Below, piece after piece: positions 7,969 to 15,739 of a DNA stretch of 34,836 bases. Numbering within the stretch: the stretch's first letter is position 1; each line of letters opens with the position of its first letter. The notes under the pieces are model-generated. The model was not told the DNA's origin. It searched no databases and worked only from the letters and a program-made list of their open reading frames with translations. The translations under genes were made by a program, and so were the position numbers. The stretch spans positions 1-34,836 of the forward strand of contig DASVED010000313.1 of assembly GCA_036380775.1 (NCBI GenBank). The letters run 5' to 3'. The DNA comes from Actinomycetes bacterium (lineage in GTDB: Bacteria; Actinomycetota; Actinomycetes; JACCUZ01).

Positions 7969-8575
7969 CGGTGCTCCTCGGGCGGCCGGAACCTCCCGGC
8001 GGTGACTGGATGCCGCGGGTTCCCGCGACACCGACCACTCTCGTGAGCCGAGGCCGTGGTGCCGAGGGCACTGGCCGGTCTGTTGCGGGTGTGGCCAGCA
8101 ACACCCCCGACGTCGTGGCCACCGGTACCGTTGTGCGTGGACCTGGGCTTCCGGGACGGTCGTGCGAGAGACGTCGGGAGGGCAGTCCGACGGGAAGTAC
8201 GGATCTCCAGCCCCCGTGGCGGATCCGGAGCCCCATTGAGTGCTGCAGGAATGACCGGCGTTACCGAGCGGACCAACGCATGCGCATGATGATGAGAATG
8301 TCTCGCTCGACGCGTCCCCTCCATGCGACGACATGATGGCTTCCAGATCCATCGGGGCGACAGCGCCACCGTCGGCCACGTCCGCCGTGCTCAGCTAGAC
8401 GCGCTGGCGCGCCTGGCGGAAAGCCGGCTACCGCGGCCAGCTATTGCCGCCTCCACCAGTTCACCGTCGCGACCTGGTGTGGAGTGAGGTGAACACGCGA
8501 CCTCTGGACGAGATCGCGACGCTCGAGGTCGAGAGCACAGTGTGCTGCCTCCAAGTCGTGGCGGTCGCCTGGCCA

Positions 8576-8839
8576 TCACGCGAGTGAGAGGAAGAGCTTC
8601 TCCATCTTCTTCACGTCGACGCTGTCGGTGCCGTCGCCGGCGGTAAGACACTGCTGGAGGCCGCTGGCGACGATGGCGAAACCGGCCCGGTCCAGAGCCT
8701 TGGAGACCGCCGCGAGCTGGGTGACGACGTCCTCGCAGTCCTGCCCCTCCTCCAGCATGCGCAGCACACCCGCGAGCTGGCCATGCGCACGCTTGATCCG
8801 GTTGATGACCGGCGCCATCTCGGTGGGATCGAGCTCCAT
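8576..8839 (-). CDS. CsoR/RcnR-family (DUF156) repressor, CstR-like fingerprint (Cys35...Gly60...Cys64)
   Basis: MELDPTEMAPVINRIKRAHGQLAGVLRMLEEGQDCEDVVTQLAAVSKALDRAGFAIVASGLQQCL. This is the characteristic RIxGQ helix, with two Cys 29 residues apart. The start overlaps the DUF302 stop (TGATG). Confidence 0.85.
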   Translation of the reverse strand: MELDPTEMAPVINRIKRAHGQLAGVLRMLEEGQDCEDVVTQLAAVSKALDRAGFAIVASGLQQCLTAGDGTDSVDVKKMEKLFLSLA

Positions 8840-9240
8840 CAGTCCTCCTGGGACAGGGCGGTCAGGGCCGCGGTCAGGCGCTGCTTCGCGTCGGCAGCCA
8901 CCGGGTTCAAGGCTTCGGCGCCGGCGAGCCCCATCATCGCGTAGGGGTCGAAGGCCTCGACGACGGTGGTGCTGTCGTCGAGAGAGCGGACCACCACGTT
9001 GCACGGCAGCACCGCGGCGATCGAGGGGTCCACCCGGATCGCCTCGTAGGCCAGCGCCGGCCGGCAGGCGCCGAGTATCACCTGCGGCGGCAGGTCGACG
9101 TCGAGCTTGGCCTTCATCGTGCCCGCCAGGTCGATCTCGGTGAGGATCCCGAAGCCCTGGTCGGCCAGGGCAGCACTGGTCGCCTGGAGCACCTCGTCGA
9201 ACGGTCGCGCGATCGTGGCCGACAGGGTGTAGGTGCCCAT
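8839..9240 (-). CDS. DUF302 domain protein
   Basis: 133 aa with the pattern GFGILTEIDL...ILGACRPALAYEAI...AAVLPCNVVV typical of DUF302. Its start overlaps the thioredoxin stop (TGATG). Confidence 0.8.
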   Translation of the reverse strand: MGTYTLSATIARPFDEVLQATSAALADQGFGILTEIDLAGTMKAKLDVDLPPQVILGACRPALAYEAIRVDPSIAAVLPCNVVVRSLDDSTTVVEAFDPYAMMGLAGAEALNPVAADAKQRLTAALTALSQED

Positions 9241-9611
9241 CAGGCACTCCTCTGCCGGGTGTCGGCGCCGGCGGCGACGGCTTCGTCCACGTCGAGCTCA
9301 CGGAGGGCGGTGACCAGCTGCTCGAGGCCGGTGGCGGGCAGTGCACCGGCCTGGGAGAAGACCAGGACACCACGCTTGAAGGCCATCAGGGTCGGGATCG
9401 AGGAGATGTGAGCCGCCGCGGAGAGCGCGGGCTCGGCCTCCGTGTCGACCTTGCCGAAGGCGATGTCGGGGTGGGACTCGCTCGCCCGCTCGTACACGGG
9501 GGCGAACTGGCGGCAGGGGCCGCACCACGAGGCCCAGAAGTCGACGAGCACGATCTCGTGCGCAGCGACGGTGGTCTCGAGGTTCTCGGCTCCCAGATCA
9601 AGGGTGGTCAT
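9240..9611 (-). CDS. Thioredoxin (WCGPC)
   Basis: MTTLDLGAENLETTVAAHEIVLVDFWASWCGPCRQFAPVYE. ATG 9611 with AAGGAG 6 nt upstream. The track's longer start at 9719 runs into the operator region. Confidence 0.9.
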   Translation of the reverse strand: MTTLDLGAENLETTVAAHEIVLVDFWASWCGPCRQFAPVYERASESHPDIAFGKVDTEAEPALSAAAHISSIPTLMAFKRGVLVFSQAGALPATGLEQLVTALRELDVDEAVAAGADTRQRSA

Positions 9612-9631
9612 GGCTGCTCCTTCGTGGCGGG

Positions 9632-9647
9632 ATACCCCCGGGGGTGT
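9632..9647. promoter_or_regulatory. CsoR/CstR-type operator 1: ATACCC-CCGG-GGGTGT
   Basis: Core ACCCCCGGGGGT (9634-9645) is a perfect palindrome, 21-36 nt upstream of the thioredoxin start codon. Confidence 0.6.
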
Positions 9648-9663
9648 TTTGCATTCATCATAC

Positions 9664-9679
9664 ATACCCCCTAGGGTAT
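9664..9679. promoter_or_regulatory. CsoR/CstR-type operator 2: ATACCC-CCTA-GGGTAT
   Basis: 6-4-6 inverted repeat sharing the 8-mer ATACCCCC with operator 1. The centres are 32 bp apart. It overlaps a candidate -10 (TAGGGT 9672-9677) that lies 17 nt after TTGCAT (9649-9654). Confidence 0.6.
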
Positions 9680-9719
9680 TTACCCAGCACCACGACCTCC
9701 ACCGCAGGGACAGGAACAC

Positions 9720-11186
9720 ATGCCCGACCGCACTCCAAGATCCCCGTCGGCCGACGCGGTCCTCCCGTGGGGCGAGCGCGGCCGCGCCGCGGGGGTGTCC
9801 TCGGTGACGTCGAGCCTCACTGTCCTACCCATCGAGACCCCCACCCTCGGCGACCGCAGCTATCTCGTCCACGACGGCGAGGTCGCGTTCGTGGTCGACC
9901 CCCAGCGCGACATCGACCGGGTCCTCGCCCTGCTCGACGAGCATGACGTGCGGCTCACCCACGTCTTCGAGACCCACATCCACAACGATTACGTCACCGG
10001 CGGCTTCGCTCTCGCCCGGCGCACCGGCGCCCAGTACCTCGTCAATCGCGAGGACGACGTGTCATTCGACCGCACCCCGCTGGCCGGGGGACAGGTCGTC
10101 GAGGTGGGTGGACGGATGCGCGTCACCGCGCTGGCGACCCCCGGCCACACGTTCACCCACCTGTCCTACGCCCTGACGGACCTGCAGAACGAGCTCGACC
10201 GGTCGGTCGGCGTCTTCTCCGGCGGCTCCCTGCTGTACGGCGCCACCGGTCGCCCGGACCTGCTCGGCCCCGAGCACACCGACGACCTGGTCCGTCGCCA
10301 ACACGCGTCGGCCCACCGGCTCGCCGAGCTGCTGCCCGACGACGCCGACGTGTACCCCACCCACGGCTTCGGCTCGTTCTGCTCGGCGACCCAGTCCGAC
10401 GCGACGTCCTCGACCATCGGGGAACAGAAGCGGTCCAACCCGGTCCTCACCCAGGACGAGCAGACGTACGTCGACGAGCTGCTGGCCGGCCTCGGCGCGT
10501 GGCCGGCGTACTACGCCCACATGGCACCCGCCAACGCCGACGGCCCGGCCGAGCCCGACCTCAGCCCGCCGCCGATCGCAGACGCCGGCGAGCTGCGCCG
10601 GCGCATCACCGCCGGAGAGTGGGTGGTGGACCTGCGCAGCCGCACCGCCTTCGCGGCAGGCCACGCCCCTGGCACCCTCAACTTCGGGCTCGACGGTGAC
10701 TTCGCGACGTACGTCGGCTGGCTCATCCCCTGGGGCACCCCGATCACACTGCTGGGCGAGACCGCCGAGCACGTCGCCGACGCGCAGCGCGAGCTGGTCC
10801 GGATCGGCATCGACCGGCCGGCGGCGCACCTGCCCGGCGGCCCGGGCGCCTGGAGCGACCGGGCCCTCAGCTCGTTCCCGACGGCGACGTTCGCCGATCT
10901 CGCGCGTGTTCGCCACCACCGCGAGGTGGTCGTCCTGGACGTGCGTCGCGCCGACGAGCACAGGGCTGCCCGCATCGACGGTGCGGTCAACATCCCGCTC
11001 CACGAGCTGTGGGAGCGACTCGCTGACGTGCCCGCGGGCGACGTGTGGGTGCACTGCGCCGGGGGCTACCGCGCCTCGATCGCCGCCTCGATGCTCGACG
11101 CCGCGGGTCGCTCGCCGGTCGCCGTCGACGACTCCTTCGACAACGCCGACAAGGTCGGCCTGCACCTGATCGGACCCGCGGCGTGA
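9720..11186 (+). CDS. MBL-fold (persulfide-dioxygenase-like) / double rhodanese fusion protein
   Basis: ETHIHNDYVTGG metal motif, ATPGHT, then two rhodanese modules. Only the second has an active-site loop (VHCAGGYRAS). ATG 9720 has AGGA upstream and G/C-rich third positions from the first codon. GTG 9804 is an alternative start. Confidence 0.85.
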   Translation: MPDRTPRSPSADAVLPWGERGRAAGVSSVTSSLTVLPIETPTLGDRSYLVHDGEVAFVVDPQRDIDRVLALLDEHDVRLTHVFETHIHNDYVTGGFALARRTGAQYLVNREDDVSFDRTPLAGGQVVEVGGRMRVTALATPGHTFTHLSYALTDLQNELDRSVGVFSGGSLLYGATGRPDLLGPEHTDDLVRRQHASAHRLAELLPDDADVYPTHGFGSFCSATQSDATSSTIGEQKRSNPVLTQDEQTYVDELLAGLGAWPAYYAHMAPANADGPAEPDLSPPPIADAGELRRRITAGEWVVDLRSRTAFAAGHAPGTLNFGLDGDFATYVGWLIPWGTPITLLGETAEHVADAQRELVRIGIDRPAAHLPGGPGAWSDRALSSFPTATFADLARVRHHREVVVLDVRRADEHRAARIDGAVNIPLHELWERLADVPAGDVWVHCAGGYRASIAASMLDAAGRSPVAVDDSFDNADKVGLHLIGPAA

Positions 11187-11998
11187 CCCTGGTTCTCGTA
11201 CTCGCCGCTGGCGCTGTGATCGGTCTCAGCCTGGGCGCGCTGGGCGGGGGCGGCTCGATCCTGGCCGTACCAGTGCTGGTCTACCTCCTCGGGCAGAGTC
11301 CGGCCCAGGCCACCACGGGGTCGCTGGTCCTGGTCGGCGGGACGTCGGTGGTCGGAGCCCTCACGGCGTACCGCATGGGCCACGTGCTGCTGGCGCGAGG
11401 CGCCGCCTTCGGTGCCGTCGCACTCGGCGGTGCCGCGGTCGGAGCAAGAGCCTCCGCCCACGTACCCGACTCGGTCCTGCTGGCCTGCTTCGCGGCGCTG
11501 ATGCTCGTCATCGCCGGCGTGATGGCCGCCCGGCTGCTGAGTCGTGGGAACGGCGGCGCTTCGCGAGGTGCAGTGCTGGACGACCCGATCATCACGTTCA
11601 GGCCAACGTTCGCCTGCCAGTGCCCACGTGCCCTCATGGTGCTGGTCGTCGCAACGGTGGTCGGTCTGCTCACCGGCTTCCTCGGCGTGGGAGGCGGCTT
11701 CCTGGTCGTGCCGGCGCTCCTGCTCGCCCTCGCGCTCCCGATGGAGTACGCCGCGGGAACGTCGCTCGTGGTGATCACCATGACCAGTGCCGTCGCCCTC
11801 GCAGTGCGCGCCGGCGCCGGCGTGGCGCCCGACTGGTGGCTGGTGCTGGGCCTCACGGTCGCCTCGGCCGCCGGTGCGGTCGCGGGTGGCCGGATCGCGA
11901 GCAGCACGAACACCCGCCGGCTGCAAGCTGCCTTCACCGCACTCGTGCTCGGGGTCGGGATCTACACCGCGGCCCGCGCCTTCCCCGCCCTGTCCTGA
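11183..11998 (+). CDS. TauE/SafE-family sulfite/organosulfonate exporter
   Basis: GTG 11183 overlaps the upstream stop (GTGA). VTLVLVLAAGAVIGLSLGALGGGGSILAVPVLVYLLG plus a repeated half ...GFLGVGGGFLVVPALLLAL. About 8 TM segments. Confidence 0.85.
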   Translation: MTLVLVLAAGAVIGLSLGALGGGGSILAVPVLVYLLGQSPAQATTGSLVLVGGTSVVGALTAYRMGHVLLARGAAFGAVALGGAAVGARASAHVPDSVLLACFAALMLVIAGVMAARLLSRGNGGASRGAVLDDPIITFRPTFACQCPRALMVLVVATVVGLLTGFLGVGGGFLVVPALLLALALPMEYAAGTSLVVITMTSAVALAVRAGAGVAPDWWLVLGLTVASAAGAVAGGRIASSTNTRRLQAAFTALVLGVGIYTAARAFPALS

Positions 11999-12000
11999 CA

Positions 12001-14187
12001 ATGAGAGAGATCACCATGTCCCCGACGGCCTCCACCCGCCACTCCGCCTCAACCACGATCGACCCCTCGATCGGCTATCGGCCCGGTCCGCTGGGCCGCC
12101 TCGGTGTCGCGGTGACCCGTCATGCCCGGCTCACCATGGCGGTCTGGCTGCTGGTGATCGTCGGGCTCGGTGCCTTCGCGCCCAAGGTGGAGGCCGAGCT
12201 GTCCGGAGCCGGCTGGCAGGCCGACGGCTCGGAATCCGTCGCCGCCCGTGAGCTCGCCCAGGACCACTTCGGCGGCAACGGCAGCACCGCGATCCAGGTG
12301 GTCGTGCGCAGCACGGACGGCCCGGTCACCGAGGGCCCGGGTCGGCAGGCCCTCGCGCGGGCGAGCGTGATGCTCGAGGACGACGCGCGCATCGCGGAGG
12401 TCGTCCAGCCCCAGCCCGGTGCGACCGTGAGCCAGGACGGCCGGACCGCGGTCCTGCTGGCCGGGGCGAACGTCGACCCGAACGAGATGGTCCGGGTCGC
12501 CGACGACCTCAAGGGGCCGTTGCAGGACCTGTCCGCCGGCACCATCCAGGTGAACCCCACGGGGGCGTCCCTGCTCTGGTCGGACTTCAACGAGGCCAAC
12601 CTGAGCGCGATGCTCAAGTCCGAGCTGTACTCCTGGCCGGTGACCATGGCCATCCTGGTGCTGGCCTTCGGCGCCCTGGTCGCGGCCGGACTCCCGCTCC
12701 TCCTCACGCTGTCCGGGCTGGTCGCCTCCGCCGGGTCGCTGGTGCTGATCAACCAGTTCGTCCCGGTCTCCATCTGGGCGATGAACTTCGCGATGATGTT
12801 CGCCCTCGCGCTAGGCATCGACTACGCGCTCTTCGTGGTGGTCCGCTTCCGGGCCGCCCGGATGGGGCACCACGAGACCGCCCGCCAGGCGATCGCGGAG
12901 ACCATGGACACCGCCGGCAAGGCCGTCCTCCTCTCCGGCGCGACGGTGCTGATCTCGCTGTCCGCGGTGATGCTCGTGCCCTCCCCGTCGTTCCGCTCGA
13001 TGGCCGGAGGGATCATGCTCTCTGTCCTCTTTGTGCTGGCGGCCACCCTCACCCTGCTGCCGCTGGTGCTGTTCAAGCTCGACGAGCGGATCAACAGGTT
13101 CGCCCTGCCCTGGGTGCACACCGGCGAGCACCGCTCGGCCAAGTTCGCCGCCTGGGGCGAGCGGCTGTGGAAGCGCCCGGTCGCCTTCGGTCTGGCCGCC
13201 CTGGTCGTACTGCTCGGCCTCGCCGCCCCCCTCATCGGCCTCACCACCGCCATGCCGTCCATCAAGGTCCTGCCCGAGGACTCCTCCGCCCGCGTCGGCT
13301 ACGACCTGGTCCAAACAGCCTTCGGCGACGGCGCGCCCGGCACGCTGACCATCGTGGTCGACCAGGCCGATGCCGCCGCAACCTCATCGGTGCTGGCCGA
13401 CGACCCCGGGATCGCCGGTGCGATGCCTGCCGTGCCGGCAGCCGATGGTTCGCGGTACGCCCTCATCCAGGCGGTCCCGACCGTCGACCCCTCCGACCCA
13501 GCAGTCAACGACACCGTGGAGCGACTCCGCACTGACCTGCCGCCGTCGGCATCCGTCGGAGGTGCCGCCGTCGAGAACCTCGACCTCAAGACGCAGCTCG
13601 ACTCCTCCACACCGCTGGTCATCGGAGTGGTCCTCGTGCTCGGCTTCCTGCTGCTGCTCCTCGCACTCCAAGCCCCCCTGATCGCCCTGCTCGGGACCCT
13701 GGCCAGCCTGCTCTCGACCGCCGCCGCCTTCGGCGTCGCGCGCCTGGTGTTCCAGGAGGGCTGGGGCGCGGGCTTCATGGGCTTCGAGTCCCAGGGCTTC
13801 CTCAACGCCTGGGCGCCGGTGTTCTTCTTCGCGATGATCTTCGCGATCGCGATGGACTACACGGTCTTCCTCCTCGCCTCGGCCAAAGAGCACTTCGAGC
13901 GCTCCGGTGACCCGAGGGACGCCATGGTCGGCTCGCTGGCCCACTCCGGGCGAGTCATCTTCGCCGCCAGCGCCGTCATGGTCGCGGTCTTCCTCACCTT
14001 CGCCCTGTCCGGACCCCTGCCGCCCAAGGAGATGGGCATCGTCCTCGGCATCGCCGTGCTCCTCGACGCCTTCCTCGTGCGGCTCGTTCTGCTCCCCGTG
14101 CTCCTGCGCCTCACCGGCACAGCAGCCTGGTGGGCCCCCCGCTGGCTGACTCGCGTCCTGCCCGACATCCGCTTCTCCCACAACTGA
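12001..14187 (+). CDS. MMPL/RND-superfamily membrane transporter
   Basis: ATG 12001 lies 2 nt after the TauE stop (alternative ATG 12016). Two 6-TM bundles each follow a large soluble loop, with GIDYALFVVVRF and AIAMDYTVFLLA motifs typical of MMPL. The track's 11620 start overlaps TauE. Confidence 0.9.
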   Translation: MREITMSPTASTRHSASTTIDPSIGYRPGPLGRLGVAVTRHARLTMAVWLLVIVGLGAFAPKVEAELSGAGWQADGSESVAARELAQDHFGGNGSTAIQVVVRSTDGPVTEGPGRQALARASVMLEDDARIAEVVQPQPGATVSQDGRTAVLLAGANVDPNEMVRVADDLKGPLQDLSAGTIQVNPTGASLLWSDFNEANLSAMLKSELYSWPVTMAILVLAFGALVAAGLPLLLTLSGLVASAGSLVLINQFVPVSIWAMNFAMMFALALGIDYALFVVVRFRAARMGHHETARQAIAETMDTAGKAVLLSGATVLISLSAVMLVPSPSFRSMAGGIMLSVLFVLAATLTLLPLVLFKLDERINRFALPWVHTGEHRSAKFAAWGERLWKRPVAFGLAALVVLLGLAAPLIGLTTAMPSIKVLPEDSSARVGYDLVQTAFGDGAPGTLTIVVDQADAAATSSVLADDPGIAGAMPAVPAADGSRYALIQAVPTVDPSDPAVNDTVERLRTDLPPSASVGGAAVENLDLKTQLDSSTPLVIGVVLVLGFLLLLLALQAPLIALLGTLASLLSTAAAFGVARLVFQEGWGAGFMGFESQGFLNAWAPVFFFAMIFAIAMDYTVFLLASAKEHFERSGDPRDAMVGSLAHSGRVIFAASAVMVAVFLTFALSGPLPPKEMGIVLGIAVLLDAFLVRLVLLPVLLRLTGTAAWWAPRWLTRVLPDIRFSHN

Positions 14188-14231
14188 GCTCCGGAACACC
14201 CTTCTCACCCACGCCGAACGGAGACGCACGA

Positions 14232-14423
14232 ATGTGCCGAGCAGTCCGATGCAAGACCTGCGGCATGACCACCTGGGCCGGCTGCGGCCAGCACGTCGCG
14301 AACGTCAAGGCCGGTGTCCGAGCCGGGCAGTGGTGCCCCGGCGGGCACAGCAAGGCCGAGAAGGCCGCGGCCACCGGCTCGACCAGCGGAGGGATCCTCG
14401 GCAGGCTCTTCGGCCGGTCCTAA
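14232..14423 (+). CDS. Small Cys-rich protein (63 aa)
   Basis: MCRAVRCKTCGMTTWAGCGQHVANVKAGVRAGQWCPGGH... has 5 Cys and 2 His in the first 42 residues. GGAG lies 8 nt upstream of ATG 14232, 44 nt after the MMPL stop. Confidence 0.65.
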   Translation: MCRAVRCKTCGMTTWAGCGQHVANVKAGVRAGQWCPGGHSKAEKAAATGSTSGGILGRLFGRS

Positions 14424-14433
14424 AACAGAGCAC

Positions 14434-14470
14434 GACGTGACTCGCCCGCACAGCCCCGAGTGGTCACGTC
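14434..14470. terminator. Hairpin between convergent genes (bidirectional terminator candidate)
   Basis: GACGTGACTCG (14434-14444) pairs with CGAGTGGTCACGTC (14457-14470), with one 3-nt bulge. Confidence 0.4.
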
Positions 14471-14501
14471 CCTCCCTGCCTCGTCTCGCCCGCGTCGACC
14501 G

Positions 14502-15701
14502 TCACACCCGCTCGAGCTCGTCGACACACTCCAGCGTCGCCTCCAGGCTGCGCTGGATGTCGTTGTCAAGACCGACCGAGAAGCGGATGAGGCCGTCGGT
14601 CAGGCCCATCCTGTGGCGCTGCTCACTCGGGATCTCTGACGATGTGCTGGAGCTCGGCGCGCTGAAGAGCGTCTTGAAGTAGCCGAGGCTCACCGCCAGG
14701 TAGCCGACGCGCTTCTCCTGCATCCTCACCATGAGTCGTGCTGCTCGGTCGTGAGTCCCGGCGTCCAGGGTCATCACGCCGCCGTACCCCAGGTCAGGGT
14801 TCATGAGTTTCGACATCAGCTCGTGATGGGGGTGCGATGGCAGGCCGGGGTAGTGGACGGTGAGCCCTCGATCGACCAGTCCTTCGGCGAGGCACGCGGC
14901 GTTGGCGCTGTGCTGACGCATCCGCAGGTGCAGGCTGTGCAGGTTCTTCAGGATGCTGGCCGCTCGATGACTGTCGAGCACCGGGCCCAGCAGCATGCTG
15001 GGGCCGGAGCTCACGTCGTTGAGCTGGGCGATGAACTCGTCCGTCGACACCACACAACCTGCCACGCAGTCGCTGGTGCCGTTGATGAACTTCGTCATGC
15101 TGTGCACGACGATGTCCGCGCCGTGCTGCAGCGGGGACAGGATCATCGGACTGAACGTGTTGTCGACGATGAAGCGGATGTTGTGGGACCTGGCGATCGA
15201 AGCGAGCACGGGCAGGTCGCTGACGTCGAGCAGCGGGTTGGTGATCGACTCGGTGAACAGGACGCGGGTGCGGGGTGTGATCGCAGCCTCGACGGCTTGT
15301 TCGTTGCAGATGTCGACGAAGCATGTCGTGATGCCCAGCCGCGGCAGCAGGTTCTTCAGCAGTGCGTAGGTTCCGCCGTAGATCGTGCGGCTCGCCACGA
15401 TCTCGTCCCCCGCCGAGCACAGAGCGAGCAGGGTGCTGCTGATCGCCGCCATCCCCGAGGCCATGACCTGCGCCGACTCGCCGTCCTCCATGCGAGACAG
15501 CGCCTCTGCCAGGAACTTGTTCGAGGGGTTCCAATGGCGGGAGTAGAGGAAGCAACCCTCGATATCGTGCTCGAACGCCGCCTCCATGAGCGCCGGGTTC
15601 CGGAAGGTGAACGTCGAAGAGTCCGTGATGGACGGGTTGACGTCGCCGAACTCCCCCAGGTCGAGATAGTCCTGAACGCGAGAAGCTGGATCGAACATCA
15701 T
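14502..15701 (-). CDS. Cys/Met-metabolism PLP-dependent enzyme (gamma-lyase/gamma-synthase/sulfhydrylase family)
   Basis: MMFDPASRVQDY...YSRHWNPSNKFLAEAL...VVHSMTKFINGTSD (PLP-lysine motif S-x-T-K). ATG 15701 with GAGGAGG 9 nt upstream. The track start 15869 is spurious. Confidence 0.85.
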   Translation of the reverse strand: MMFDPASRVQDYLDLGEFGDVNPSITDSSTFTFRNPALMEAAFEHDIEGCFLYSRHWNPSNKFLAEALSRMEDGESAQVMASGMAAISSTLLALCSAGDEIVASRTIYGGTYALLKNLLPRLGITTCFVDICNEQAVEAAITPRTRVLFTESITNPLLDVSDLPVLASIARSHNIRFIVDNTFSPMILSPLQHGADIVVHSMTKFINGTSDCVAGCVVSTDEFIAQLNDVSSGPSMLLGPVLDSHRAASILKNLHSLHLRMRQHSANAACLAEGLVDRGLTVHYPGLPSHPHHELMSKLMNPDLGYGGVMTLDAGTHDRAARLMVRMQEKRVGYLAVSLGYFKTLFSAPSSSTSSEIPSEQRHRMGLTDGLIRFSVGLDNDIQRSLEATLECVDELERV

Positions 15702-15739
15702 GACGATGTCCTCCTCGAAAGTCCGTTGTCTGCCTGCGG

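Noticed and set aside
7969-8379. Cys/Ser/Gly-rich peptide (MDLEAIMSSHGGDASSETFSSSCACVGPLGNAGHSCSTQWGSGSATG…) that superficially resembles a RiPP precursor
   Set aside because: It is in frame with, and has no stop before, the membrane protein. It has no SD and poor third-position G/C, and no modification enzymes are nearby. It is most likely non-coding.
7969-8400. Known riboswitch in the leader of the membrane-protein gene (checked by eye for cobalamin B12-box, ZTP, guanidine-I/II, Mn and SAM motifs)
   Set aside because: Only short chance resemblances were found (for example GGGAGGTTCCGG and GTGACTGG), in the wrong order or orientation. No full consensus is recognisable without a covariance-model scan.
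8476-8510. tRNA-like 3' fragment on the minus strand (…GAGGTCGCGTGTTCACCTCACTCCACACCA), possibly an att-site remnant
   Set aside because: The T loop would be 9 nt and lacks the GTTCGA/GTTCAA consensus. No matching 5' acceptor strand lies upstream. It does not match the 3' ends of the four tRNAs in the window. Resemblance alone is too weak.
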